64,000 nt of DNA from Hydrurus foetidus (lineage: Eukaryota). Under the pieces are notes generated by a model. The model made no database searches. It worked only from the letters and a program-made list of their open reading frames with translations, and was not told where the DNA came from. How positions within the stretch are numbered: the first letter of the stretch is position 1; every line of letters starts with the position of its first letter. The translations under genes and the position numbers were made by a program. Where the stretch lies: contig UYFQ01000530.1 in the NCBI GenBank assembly GCA_900617105.1, positions 1-64,000 of the forward strand, read 5' to 3'. Below are positions 21,137 through 36,100 of the stretch, in pieces.

Positions 21137-24100
21137 TTGCTTAATACAATCAATATTGAAGGTTGCTGTAAGCTGACCAATGCATCACTGGCTGCGATAG
21201 GAGAGGCATGTATAGGACTGACGAGCATTGATTTGAGTCGTATCAAGAACATGACAGATGTCGGTATATCAAGTCTGACGCAGGGATGTAGCCAGCTTGA
21301 ATCAATCTTTATCGTTCAATGCGGTCAGCTGACGGACGCATCACTAGTTACGATAGGAGAGAGATGTAGAGAGCTGAGAATCGTTGATGTAAGTCGTGAC
21401 AAGAACATGAGAGATGTCGGTATATTGAGTATAGCCGAGAGATGCAACCGGCTTCGTACAATCAATATTGCATATTGCTTTTGGCTGTCGAATACATCAC
21501 TAGCTGCGATAGGAGAGATATGCTGGGAACTGACAAGTATTAACATGACTGCGAGCTTCATGAGTAACGATGGTATAATTAATCTGACCGAAGGATGCAG
21601 CCAGCTTGTAGCAATCAATATTGAAGGTTGCTGTAAGTTGACAGATGCATCACTGGCTGCTATAGGAGAGACGTGCAAGGGACTGACAAGCATTGATATG
21701 AGTCACGACCGCTGGTGCGTGACAAATGTCGATGTAGCAAGTCTGACCGAGGGATGCAGCTTGCTTAATACAATCAATATTGAAGGTTGCTGTAAGCTGA
21801 CCAATGCATCACTGGCTGCGATAGGAGAGGCATGTATAGGACTGACGAGCATTGATTTGAGTCGTATCAAGAACATGACAGATGTCGGTATATCAAGTCT
21901 GACGCAGGGATGTAGCCAGCTTGAATCAATCTTTATCGTTCAATGCGGTCAGCTGACGGACGCATCACTAGTTACGATAGGAGAGAGATGTAGAGAGCTG
22001 AGAATCGTTGATGTAAGTCGTGACAAGAACATGAGAGATGTCGGTATATTGAGTATAGCCGAGAGATGCAACCGGCTTCGTACAATCAATATTGCATATT
22101 GCTTTTGGCTGTCGAATACATCACTAGCTGCGATAGGAGAGATATGCTGGGAACTGACAAGTATTAACATGACTGCGAGCTTCATGAGTAACGATGGTAT
22201 AATTAATCTGACCGAAGGATGCAGCCAGCTTGTAGCAATCAATATTGAAGGTTGCTGTAAGTTGACAGATGCATCACTGGCTGCTATAGGAGAGACGTGC
22301 AAGGGACTGACAAGCATTGATATGAGTCACGACCGCTGGTGCGTGACAAATGTCGATGTAGCAAGTCTGACCGAGGGATGCAGCTTGCTTAATACAATCA
22401 ATATTGAAGGTTGCTGTAAGCTGACCAATGCATCACTGGCTGCGATAGGAGAGGCATGTATAGGACTGACGAGCATTGATTTGAGTCGTATCAAGAACAT
22501 GACAGATGTCGGTATATCAAGTCTGACGCAGGGATGTAGCCAGCTTGAATCAATCTTTATCGTTCAATGCGGTCAGCTGACGGACGCATCACTAGTTACG
22601 ATAGGAGAGAGATGTAGAGAGCTGAGAATCGTTGATGTAAGTCGTGACAAGAACATGAGAGATGTCGGTATATTGAGTATAGCCGAGAGATGCAACCGGC
22701 TTCGTACAATCAATATTGCATATTGCTTTTGGCTGTCGAATACATCACTAGCTGCGATAGGAGAGATATGCTGGGAACTGACAAGTATTAACATGACTGC
22801 GAGCTTCATGAGTAACGATGGTATAATTAATCTGACCGAAGGATGCAGCCAGCTTGTAGCAATCAATATTGAAGGTTGCTGTAAGTTGACAGATGCATCA
22901 CTGGCTGCTATAGGAGAGACGTGCAAGGGACTGACAAGCATTGATATGAGTCACGACCGCTGGTGCGTGACAAATGTCGATGTAGCAAGTCTGACCGAGG
23001 GATGCAGCTTGCTTAATACAATCAATATTGAAGGTTGCTGTAAGCTGACCAATGCATCACTGGCTGCGATAGGAGAGGCATGTATAGGACTGACGAGCAT
23101 TGATTTGAGTCGTATCAAGAACATGACAGATGTCGGTATATCAAGTCTGACGCAGGGATGTAGCCAGCTTGAATCAATCTTTATCGTTCAATGCGGTCAG
23201 CTGACGGACGCATCACTAGTTACGATAGGAGAGAGATGTAGAGAGCTGAGAATCGTTGATGTAAGTCGTGACAAGAACATGAGAGATGTCGGTATATTGA
23301 GTATAGCCGAGAGATGCAACCGGCTTCGTACAATCAATATTGCATATTGCTTTTGGCTGTCGAATACATCACTAGCTGCGATAGGAGAGATATGCTGGGA
23401 ACTGACAAGTATTAACATGACTGCGAGCTTCATGAGTAACGATGGTATAATTAATCTGACCGAAGGATGCAGCCAGCTTGTAGCAATCAATATTGAAGGT
23501 TGCTGTAAGTTGACAGATGCATCACTGGCTGCTATAGGAGAGACGTGCAAGGGACTGACAAGCATTGATATGAGTCACGACCGCTGGTGCGTGACAAATG
23601 TCGATGTAGCAAGTCTGACCGAGGGATGCAGCTTGCTTAATACAATCAATATTGAAGGTTGCTGTAAGCTGACCAATGCATCACTGGCTGCGATAGGAGA
23701 GGCATGTATAGGACTGACGAGCATTGATTTGAGTCGTATCAAGAACATGACAGATGTCGGTATATCAAGTCTGACGCAGGGATGTAGCCAGCTTGAATCA
23801 ATCTTTATCGTTCAATGCGGTCAGCTGACGGACGCATCACTAGTTACGATAGGAGAGAGATGTAGAGAGCTGAGAATCGTTGATGTAAGTCGTGACAAGA
23901 ACATGAGAGATGTCGGTATATTGAGTATAGCCGAGAGATGCAACCGGCTTCGTACAATCAATATTGCATATTGCTTTTGGCTGTCGAATACATCACTAGC
24001 TGCGATAGGAGAGATATGCTGGGAACTGACAAGTATTAACATGACTGCGAGCTTCATGAGTAACGATGGTATAATTAATCTGACCGAAGGATGCAGCCAG

Positions 24101-27100
24101 CTTGTAGCAATCAATATTGAAGGTTGCTGTAAGTTGACAGATGCATCACTGGCTGCTATAGGAGAGACGTGCAAGGGACTGACAAGCATTGATATGAGTC
24201 ACGACCGCTGGTGCGTGACAAATGTCGATGTAGCAAGTCTGACCGAGGGATGCAGCTTGCTTAATACAATCAATATTGAAGGTTGCTGTAAGCTGACCAA
24301 TGCATCACTGGCTGCGATAGGAGAGGCATGTATAGGACTGACGAGCATTGATTTGAGTCGTATCAAGAACATGACAGATGTCGGTATATCAAGTCTGACG
24401 CAGGGATGTAGCCAGCTTGAATCAATCTTTATCGTTCAATGCGGTCAGCTGACGGACGCATCACTAGTTACGATAGGAGAGAGATGTAGAGAGCTGAGAA
24501 TCGTTGATGTAAGTCGTGACAAGAACATGAGAGATGTCGGTATATTGAGTATAGCCGAGAGATGCAACCGGCTTCGTACAATCAATATTGCATATTGCTT
24601 TTGGCTGTCGAATACATCACTAGCTGCGATAGGAGAGATATGCTGGGAACTGACAAGTATTAACATGACTGCGAGCTTCATGAGTAACGATGGTATAATT
24701 AATCTGACCGAAGGATGCAGCCAGCTTGTAGCAATCAATATTGAAGGTTGCTGTAAGTTGACAGATGCATCACTGGCTGCTATAGGAGAGACGTGCAAGG
24801 GACTGACAAGCATTGATATGAGTCACGACCGCTGGTGCGTGACAAATGTCGATGTAGCAAGTCTGACCGAGGGATGCAGCTTGCTTAATACAATCAATAT
24901 TGAAGGTTGCTGTAAGCTGACCAATGCATCACTGGCTGCGATAGGAGAGGCATGTATAGGACTGACGAGCATTGATTTGAGTCGTATCAAGAACATGACA
25001 GATGTCGGTATATCAAGTCTGACGCAGGGATGTAGCCAGCTTGAATCAATCTTTATCGTTCAATGCGGTCAGCTGACGGACGCATCACTAGTTACGATAG
25101 GAGAGAGATGTAGAGAGCTGAGAATCGTTGATGTAAGTCGTGACAAGAACATGAGAGATGTCGGTATATTGAGTATAGCCGAGAGATGCAACCGGCTTCG
25201 TACAATCAATATTGCATATTGCTTTTGGCTGTCGAATACATCACTAGCTGCGATAGGAGAGATATGCTGGGAACTGACAAGTATTAACATGACTGCGAGC
25301 TTCATGAGTAACGATGGTATAATTAATCTGACCGAAGGATGCAGCCAGCTTGTAGCAATCAATATTGAAGGTTGCTGTAAGTTGACAGATGCATCACTGG
25401 CTGCTATAGGAGAGACGTGCAAGGGACTGACAAGCATTGATATGAGTCACGACCGCTGGTGCGTGACAAATGTCGATGTAGCAAGTCTGACCGAGGGATG
25501 CAGCTTGCTTAATACAATCAATATTGAAGGTTGCTGTAAGCTGACCAATGCATCACTGGCTGCGATAGGAGAGGCATGTATAGGACTGACGAGCATTGAT
25601 TTGAGTCGTATCAAGAACATGACAGATGTCGGTATATCAAGTCTGACGCAGGGATGTAGCCAGCTTGAATCAATCTTTATCGTTCAATGCGGTCAGCTGA
25701 CGGACGCATCACTAGTTACGATAGGAGAGAGATGTAGAGAGCTGAGAATCGTTGATGTAAGTCGTGACAAGAACATGAGAGATGTCGGTATATTGAGTAT
25801 AGCCGAGAGATGCAACCGGCTTCGTACAATCAATATTGCATATTGCTTTTGGCTGTCGAATACATCACTAGCTGCGATAGGAGAGATATGCTGGGAACTG
25901 ACAAGTATTAACATGACTGCGAGCTTCATGAGTAACGATGGTATAATTAATCTGACCGAAGGATGCAGCCAGCTTGTAGCAATCAATATTGAAGGTTGCT
26001 GTAAGTTGACAGATGCATCACTGGCTGCTATAGGAGAGACGTGCAAGGGACTGACAAGCATTGATATGAGTCACGACCGCTGGTGCGTGACAAATGTCGA
26101 TGTAGCAAGTCTGACCGAGGGATGCAGCTTGCTTAATACAATCAATATTGAAGGTTGCTGTAAGCTGACCAATGCATCACTGGCTGCGATAGGAGAGGCA
26201 TGTATAGGACTGACGAGCATTGATTTGAGTCGTATCAAGAACATGACAGATGTCGGTATATCAAGTCTGACGCAGGGATGTAGCCAGCTTGAATCAATCT
26301 TTATCGTTCAATGCGGTCAGCTGACGGACGCATCACTAGTTACGATAGGAGAGAGATGTAGAGAGCTGAGAATCGTTGATGTAAGTCGTGACAAGAACAT
26401 GAGAGATGTCGGTATATTGAGTATAGCCGAGAGATGCAACCGGCTTCGTACAATCAATATTGCATATTGCTTTTGGCTGTCGAATACATCACTAGCTGCG
26501 ATAGGAGAGATATGCTGGGAACTGACAAGTATTAACATGACTGCGAGCTTCATGAGTAACGATGGTATAATTAATCTGACCGAAGGATGCAGCCAGCTTG
26601 TAGCAATCAATATTGAAGGTTGCTGTAAGTTGACAGATGCATCACTGGCTGCTATAGGAGAGACGTGCAAGGGACTGACAAGCATTGATATGAGTCACGA
26701 CCGCTGGTGCGTGACAAATGTCGATGTAGCAAGTCTGACCGAGGGATGCAGCTTGCTTAATACAATCAATATTGAAGGTTGCTGTAAGCTGACCAATGCA
26801 TCACTGGCTGCGATAGGAGAGGCATGTATAGGACTGACGAGCATTGATTTGAGTCGTATCAAGAACATGACAGATGTCGGTATATCAAGTCTGACGCAGG
26901 GATGTAGCCAGCTTGAATCAATCTTTATCGTTCAATGCGGTCAGCTGACGGACGCATCACTAGTTACGATAGGAGAGAGATGTAGAGAGCTGAGAATCGT
27001 TGATGTAAGTCGTGACAAGAACATGAGAGATGTCGGTATATTGAGTATAGCCGAGAGATGCAACCGGCTTCGTACAATCAATATTGCATATTGCTTTTGG

Positions 27101-30100
27101 CTGTCGAATACATCACTAGCTGCGATAGGAGAGATATGCTGGGAACTGACAAGTATTAACATGACTGCGAGCTTCATGAGTAACGATGGTATAATTAATC
27201 TGACCGAAGGATGCAGCCAGCTTGTAGCAATCAATATTGAAGGTTGCTGTAAGTTGACAGATGCATCACTGGCTGCTATAGGAGAGACGTGCAAGGGACT
27301 GACAAGCATTGATATGAGTCACGACCGCTGGTGCGTGACAAATGTCGATGTAGCAAGTCTGACCGAGGGATGCAGCTTGCTTAATACAATCAATATTGAA
27401 GGTTGCTGTAAGCTGACCAATGCATCACTGGCTGCGATAGGAGAGGCATGTATAGGACTGACGAGCATTGATTTGAGTCGTATCAAGAACATGACAGATG
27501 TCGGTATATCAAGTCTGACGCAGGGATGTAGCCAGCTTGAATCAATCTTTATCGTTCAATGCGGTCAGCTGACGGACGCATCACTAGTTACGATAGGAGA
27601 GAGATGTAGAGAGCTGAGAATCGTTGATGTAAGTCGTGACAAGAACATGAGAGATGTCGGTATATTGAGTATAGCCGAGAGATGCAACCGGCTTCGTACA
27701 ATCAATATTGCATATTGCTTTTGGCTGTCGAATACATCACTAGCTGCGATAGGAGAGATATGCTGGGAACTGACAAGTATTAACATGACTGCGAGCTTCA
27801 TGAGTAACGATGGTATAATTAATCTGACCGAAGGATGCAGCCAGCTTGTAGCAATCAATATTGAAGGTTGCTGTAAGTTGACAGATGCATCACTGGCTGC
27901 TATAGGAGAGACGTGCAAGGGACTGACAAGCATTGATATGAGTCACGACCGCTGGTGCGTGACAAATGTCGATGTAGCAAGTCTGACCGAGGGATGCAGC
28001 TTGCTTAATACAATCAATATTGAAGGTTGCTGTAAGCTGACCAATGCATCACTGGCTGCGATAGGAGAGGCATGTATAGGACTGACGAGCATTGATTTGA
28101 GTCGTATCAAGAACATGACAGATGTCGGTATATCAAGTCTGACGCAGGGATGTAGCCAGCTTGAATCAATCTTTATCGTTCAATGCGGTCAGCTGACGGA
28201 CGCATCACTAGTTACGATAGGAGAGAGATGTAGAGAGCTGAGAATCGTTGATGTAAGTCGTGACAAGAACATGAGAGATGTCGGTATATTGAGTATAGCC
28301 GAGAGATGCAACCGGCTTCGTACAATCAATATTGCATATTGCTTTTGGCTGTCGAATACATCACTAGCTGCGATAGGAGAGATATGCTGGGAACTGACAA
28401 GTATTAACATGACTGCGAGCTTCATGAGTAACGATGGTATAATTAATCTGACCGAAGGATGCAGCCAGCTTGTAGCAATCAATATTGAAGGTTGCTGTAA
28501 GTTGACAGATGCATCACTGGCTGCTATAGGAGAGACGTGCAAGGGACTGACAAGCATTGATATGAGTCACGACCGCTGGTGCGTGACAAATGTCGATGTA
28601 GCAAGTCTGACCGAGGGATGCAGCTTGCTTAATACAATCAATATTGAAGGTTGCTGTAAGCTGACCAATGCATCACTGGCTGCGATAGGAGAGGCATGTA
28701 TAGGACTGACGAGCATTGATTTGAGTCGTATCAAGAACATGACAGATGTCGGTATATCAAGTCTGACGCAGGGATGTAGCCAGCTTGAATCAATCTTTAT
28801 CGTTCAATGCGGTCAGCTGACGGACGCATCACTAGTTACGATAGGAGAGAGATGTAGAGAGCTGAGAATCGTTGATGTAAGTCGTGACAAGAACATGAGA
28901 GATGTCGGTATATTGAGTATAGCCGAGAGATGCAACCGGCTTCGTACAATCAATATTGCATATTGCTTTTGGCTGTCGAATACATCACTAGCTGCGATAG
29001 GAGAGATATGCTGGGAACTGACAAGTATTAACATGACTGCGAGCTTCATGAGTAACGATGGTATAATTAATCTGACCGAAGGATGCAGCCAGCTTGTAGC
29101 AATCAATATTGAAGGTTGCTGTAAGTTGACAGATGCATCACTGGCTGCTATAGGAGAGACGTGCAAGGGACTGACAAGCATTGATATGAGTCAGACCGCT
29201 GGTGCGTGACAAATGTCGATGTAGCAAGTCTGACCGAGGGATGCAGCTTGCTTAATACAATCAATATTGAAGGTTGCTGTAAGCTGACCAATGCATCACT
29301 GGCTGCGATAGGAGAGGCATGTATAGGACTGACGAGCATTGATTTGAGTCGTATCAAGAACATGACAGATGTCGGTATATCAAGTCTGACGCAGGGATGT
29401 AGCCAGCTTGAATCAATCTTTATCGTTCAATGCGGTCAGCTGACGGACGCATCACTAGTTACGATAGGAGAGAGATGTAGAGAGCTGAGAATCGTTGATG
29501 TAAGTCGTGACAAGAACATGAGAGATGTCGGTATATTGAGTATAGCCGAGAGATGCAACCGGCTTCGTACAATCAATATTGCATATTGCTTTTGGCTGTC
29601 GAATACATCACTAGCTGCGATAGGAGAGATATGCTGGGAACTGACAAGTATTAACATGACTGCGAGCTTCATGAGTAACGATGGTATAATTAATCTGACC
29701 GAAGGATGCAGCCAGCTTGTAGCAATCAATATTGAAGGTTGCTGTAAGTTGACAGATGCATCACTGGCTGCTATAGGAGAGACGTGCAAGGGACTGACAA
29801 GCATTGATATGAGTCACGACCGCTGGTGCGTGACAAATGTCGATGTAGCAAGTCTGACCGAGGGATGCAGCTTGCTTAATACAATCAATATTGAAGGTTG
29901 CTGTAAGCTGACCAATGCATCACTGGCTGCGATAGGAGAGGCATGTATAGGACTGACGAGCATTGATTTGAGTCGTATCAAGAACATGACAGATGTCGGT
30001 ATATCAAGTCTGACGCAGGGATGTAGCCAGCTTGAATCAATCTTTATCGTTCAATGCGGTCAGCTGACGGACGCATCACTAGTTACGATAGGAGAGAGAT

Positions 30101-33100
30101 GTAGAGAGCTGAGAATCGTTGATGTAAGTCGTGACAAGAACATGAGAGATGTCGGTATATTGAGTATAGCCGAGAGATGCAACCGGCTTCGTACAATCAA
30201 TATTGCATATTGCTTTTGGCTGTCGAATACATCACTAGCTGCGATAGGAGAGATATGCTGGGAACTGACAAGTATTAACATGACTGCGAGCTTCATGAGT
30301 AACGATGGTATAATTAATCTGACCGAAGGATGCAGCCAGCTTGTAGCAATCAATATTGAAGGTTGCTGTAAGTTGACAGATGCATCACTGGCTGCTATAG
30401 GAGAGACGTGCAAGGGACTGACAAGCATTGATATGAGTCAGAATATAAACATGACAAATGTCGATGTAGCAAGTCTGACCGAGGGATGCAGCTTGCTTAA
30501 TACAATCAATATTGAAGGTTGCTGTAAGCTGACCAATGCATCACTGGCTGCGATAGGAGAGGCATGTATAGGACTGACGAGCATTGATTTGAGTCGTATC
30601 AAGAACATGACAGATGTCGGTATATCAAGTCTGACGCAGGGATGTAGCCAGCTTGAATCAATCTTTATCGTTCAATGCGGTCAGCTGACGGACGCATCAC
30701 TAGTTACGATAGGAGAGAGATGTAGAGAGCTGAGAATCGTTGATGTAAGTCGTGACAAGAACATGAGAGATGTCGGTATATTGAGTATAGCCGAGAGATG
30801 CAACCGGCTTCGTACAATCAATATTGCATATTGCTTTTGGCTGTCGAATACATCACTAGCTGCGATAGGAGAGATATGCTGGGAACTGACAAGTATTAAC
30901 ATGACTGCGAGCTTCATGAGTAACGATGGTATAATTAATCTGACCGAAGGATGCAGCCAGCTTGTAGCAATCAATATTGAAGGTTGCTGTAAGTTGACAG
31001 ATGCATCACTGGCTGCTATAGGAGAGACGTGCAAGGGACTGACAAGCATTGATATGAGTCAGAATATAAACATGACAAATGTCGATGTAGCAAGTCTGAC
31101 CGAGGGATGCAGCTTGCTTAATACAATCAATATTGAAGGTTGCTGTAAGCTGACCAATGCATCACTGGCTGCGATAGGAGAGGCATGTATAGGACTGACG
31201 AGCATTGATTTGAGTCGTATCAAGAACATGACAGATGTCGGTATATCAAGTCTGACGCAGGGATGTAGCCAGCTTGAATCAATCTTTATCGTTCAATGCG
31301 GTCAGCTGACGGACGCATCACTAGTTACGATAGGAGAGAGATGTAGAGAGCTGAGAATCGTTGATGTAAGTCGTGACAAGAACATGAGAGATGTCGGTAT
31401 ATTGAGTATAGCCGAGAGATGCAACCGGCTTCGTACAATCAATATTGCATATTGCTTTTGGCTGTCGAATACATCACTAGCTGCGATAGGAGAGATATGC
31501 TGGGAACTGACAAGTATTAACATGACTGCGAGCTTCATGAGTAACGATGGTATAATTAATCTGACCGAAGGATGCAGCCAGCTTGTAGCAATCAATATTG
31601 AAGGTTGCTGTAAGTTGACAGATGCATCACTGGCTGCTATAGGAGAGACGTGCAAGGGACTGACAAGCATTGATATGAGTCAGAATATAAACATGACAAA
31701 TGTCGATGTAGCAAGTCTGACCGAGGGATGCAGCTTGCTTAATACAATCAATATTGAAGGTTGCTGTAAGCTGACCAATGCATCACTGGCTGCGATAGGA
31801 GAGGCATGTATAGGACTGACGAGCATTGATTTGAGTCGTATCAAGAACATGACAGATGTCGGTATATCAAGTCTGACGCAGGGATGTAGCCAGCTTGAAT
31901 CAATCTTTATCGTTCAATGCGGTCAGCTGACGGACGCATCACTAGTTACGATAGGAGAGAGATGTAGAGAGCTGAGAATCGTTGATGTAAGTCGTGACAA
32001 GAACATGAGAGATGTCGGTATATTGAGTATAGCCGAGAGATGCAACCGGCTTCGTACAATCAATATTGCATATTGCTTTTGGCTGTCGAATACATCACTA
32101 GCTGCGATAGGAGAGATATGCTGGGAACTGACAAGTATTAACATGACTGCGAGCTTCATGAGTAACGATGGTATAATTAATCTGACCGAAGGATGCAGCC
32201 AGCTTGTAGCAATCAATATTGAAGGTTGCTGTAAGTTGACAGATGCATCACTGGCTGCTATAGGAGAGACGTGCAAGGGACTGACAAGCATTGATATGAG
32301 TCAGAATATAAACATGACAAATGTCGATGTAGCAAGTCTGACCGAGGGATGCAGCTTGCTTAATACAATCAATATTGAAGGTTGCTGTAAGCTGACCAAT
32401 GCATCACTGGCTGCGATAGGAGAGGCATGTATAGGACTGACGAGCATTGATTTGAGTCGTATCAAGAACATGACAGATGTCGGTATATCAAGTCTGACGC
32501 AGGGATGTAGCCAGCTTGAATCAATCTTTATCGTTCAATGCGGTCAGCTGACGGACGCATCACTAGTTACGATAGGAGAGAGATGTAGAGAGCTGAGAAT
32601 CGTTGATGTAAGTCGTGACAAGAACATGAGAGATGTCGGTATATTGAGTATAGCCGAGAGATGCAACCGGCTTCGTACAATCAATATTGCATATTGCTTT
32701 TGGCTGTCGAATACATCACTAGCTGCGATAGGAGAGATATGCTGGGAACTGACAAGTATTAACATGACTGCGAGCTTCATGAGTAACGATGGTATAATTA
32801 ATCTGACCGAAGGATGCAGCCAGCTTGTAGCAATCAATATTGAAGGTTGCTGTAAGTTGACAGATGCATCACTGGCTGCTATAGGAGAGACGTGCAAGGG
32901 ACTGACAAGCATTGATATGAGTCAGAATATAAACATGACAAATGTCGATGTAGCAAGTCTGACCGAGGGATGCAGCTTGCTTAATACAATCAATATTGAA
33001 GGTTGCTGTAAGCTGACCAATGCATCACTGGCTGCGATAGGAGAGGCATGTATAGGACTGACGAGCATTGATTTGAGTCGTATCAAGAACATGACAGATG

Positions 33101-36100
33101 TCGGTATATCAAGTCTGACGCAGGGATGTAGCCAGCTTGAATCAATCTTTATCGTTCAATGCGGTCAGCTGACGGACGCATCACTAGTTACGATAGGAGA
33201 GAGATGTAGAGAGCTGAGAATCGTTGATGTAAGTCGTGACAAGAACATGAGAGATGTCGGTATATTGAGTATAGCCGAGAGATGCAACCGGCTTCGTACA
33301 ATCAATATTGCATATTGCTTTTGGCTGTCGAATACATCACTAGCTGCGATAGGAGAGATATGCTGGGAACTGACAAGTATTAACATGACTGCGAGCTTCA
33401 TGAGTAACGATGGTATAATTAATCTGACCGAAGGATGCAGCCAGCTTGTAGCAATCAATATTGAAGGTTGCTGTAAGTTGACAGATGCATCACTGGCTGC
33501 TATAGGAGAGACGTGCAAGGGACTGACAAGCATTGATATGAGTCAGAATATAAACATGACAAATGTCGATGTAGCAAGTCTGACCGAGGGATGCAGCTTG
33601 CTTAATACAATCAATATTGAAGGTTGCTGTAAGCTGACCAATGCATCACTGGCTGCGATAGGAGAGGCATGTATAGGACTGACGAGCATTGATTTGAGTC
33701 GTATCAAGAACATGACAGATGTCGGTATATCAAGTCTGACGCAGGGATGTAGCCAGCTTGAATCAATCTTTATCGTTCAATGCGGTCAGCTGACGGACGC
33801 ATCACTAGTTACGATAGGAGAGAGATGTAGAGAGCTGAGAATCGTTGATGTAAGTCGTGACAAGAACATGAGAGATGTCGGTATATTGAGTATAGCCGAG
33901 AGATGCAACCGGCTTCGTACAATCAATATTGCATATTGCTTTTGGCTGTCGAATACATCACTAGCTGCGATAGGAGAGATATGCTGGGAACTGACAAGTA
34001 TTAACATGACTGCGAGCTTCATGAGTAACGATGGTATAATTAATCTGACCGAAGGATGCAGCCAGCTTGTAGCAATCAATATTGAAGGTTGCTGTAAGTT
34101 GACAGATGCATCACTGGCTGCTATAGGAGAGACGTGCAAGGGACTGACAAGCATTGATATGAGTCAGAATATAAACATGACAAATGTCGATGTAGCAAGT
34201 CTGACCGAGGGATGCAGCTTGCTTAATACAATCAATATTGAAGGTTGCTGTAAGCTGACCAATGCATCACTGGCTGCGATAGGAGAGGCATGTATAGGAC
34301 TGACGAGCATTGATTTGAGTCGTATCAAGAACATGACAGATGTCGGTATATCAAGTCTGACGCAGGGATGTAGCCAGCTTGAATCAATCTTTATCGTTCA
34401 ATGCGGTCAGCTGACGGACGCATCACTAGTTACGATAGGAGAGAGATGTAGAGAGCTGAGAATCGTTGATGTAAGTCGTGACAAGAACATGAGAGATGTC
34501 GGTATATTGAGTATAGCCGAGAGATGCAACCGGCTTCGTACAATCAATATTGCATATTGCTTTTGGCTGTCGAATACATCACTAGCTGCGATAGGAGAGA
34601 TATGCTGGGAACTGACAAGTATTAACATGACTGCGAGCTTCATGAGTAACGATGGTATAATTAATCTGACCGAAGGATGCAGCCAGCTTGTAGCAATCAA
34701 TATTGAAGGTTGCTGTAAGTTGACAGATGCATCACTGGCTGCTATAGGAGAGACGTGCAAGGGACTGACAAGCATTGATATGAGTCAGAATATAAACATG
34801 ACAAATGTCGATGTAGCAAGTCTGACCGAGGGATGCAGCTTGCTTAATACAATCAATATTGAAGGTTGCTGTAAGCTGACCAATGCATCACTGGCTGCGA
34901 TAGGAGAGGCATGTATAGGACTGACGAGCATTGATTTGAGTCGTATCAAGAACATGACAGATGTCGGTATATCAAGTCTGACGCAGGGATGTAGCCAGCT
35001 TGAATCAATCTTTATCGTTCAATGCGGTCAGCTGACGGACGCATCACTAGTTACGATAGGAGAGAGATGTAGAGAGCTGAGAATCGTTGATGTAAGTCGT
35101 GACAAGAACATGAGAGATGTCGGTATATTGAGTATAGCCGAGAGATGCAACCGGCTTCGTACAATCAATATTGCATATTGCTTTTGGCTGTCGAATACAT
35201 CACTAGCTGCGATAGGAGAGATATGCTGGGAACTGACAAGTATTAACATGACTGCGAGCTTCATGAGTAACGATGGTATAATTAATCTGACCGAAGGATG
35301 CAGCCAGCTTGTAGCAATCAATATTGAAGGTTGCTGTAAGTTGACAGATGCATCACTGGCTGCTATAGGAGAGACGTGCAAGGGACTGACAAGCATTGAT
35401 ATGCTGCGTCGATGTAGCAAGTCTGACCGAGGGATGCAGCTTGCTTAATACAATCAATATTGAAGGTTGCTGTAAGCTGACCAATGCATCACTGGCTGCG
35501 ATAGGAGAGGCATGTATAGGACTGACGAGCATTGATTTGAGTCGTATCAAGAACATGACAGATGTCGGTATATCAAGTCTGACGCAGGGATGTAGCCAGC
35601 TTGAATCAATCTTTATCGTTCAATGCGGTCAGCTGACGGACGCATCACTAGTTACGATAGGAGAGAGATGTAGAGAGCTGAGAATCGTTGATGTAAGTCG
35701 TGACAAGAACATGAGAGATGTCGGTATATTGAGTATAGCCGAGAGATGCAACCGGCTTCGTACAATCAATATTGCATATTGCTTTTGGCTGTCGAATACA
35801 TCACTAGCTGCGATAGGAGAGATATGCTGGGAACTGACAAGTATTAACATGACTGCGAGCTTCATGAGTAACGATGGTATAATTAATCTGACCGAAGGAT
35901 GCAGCCAGCTTGTAGCAATCAATATTGAAGGTTGCTGTAAGTTGACCAATGCATCACTGGCTGCGATAGGAGAGGCATGTATAGGACTGACGAGCATTGA
36001 TTTGAGTCGTATCAAGAACATGACAGATGTCGGTATATCAAGTCTGACGCAGGGATGTAGCCAGCTTGAATCAATCTTTATCGTTCAATGCGGTCAGCTG

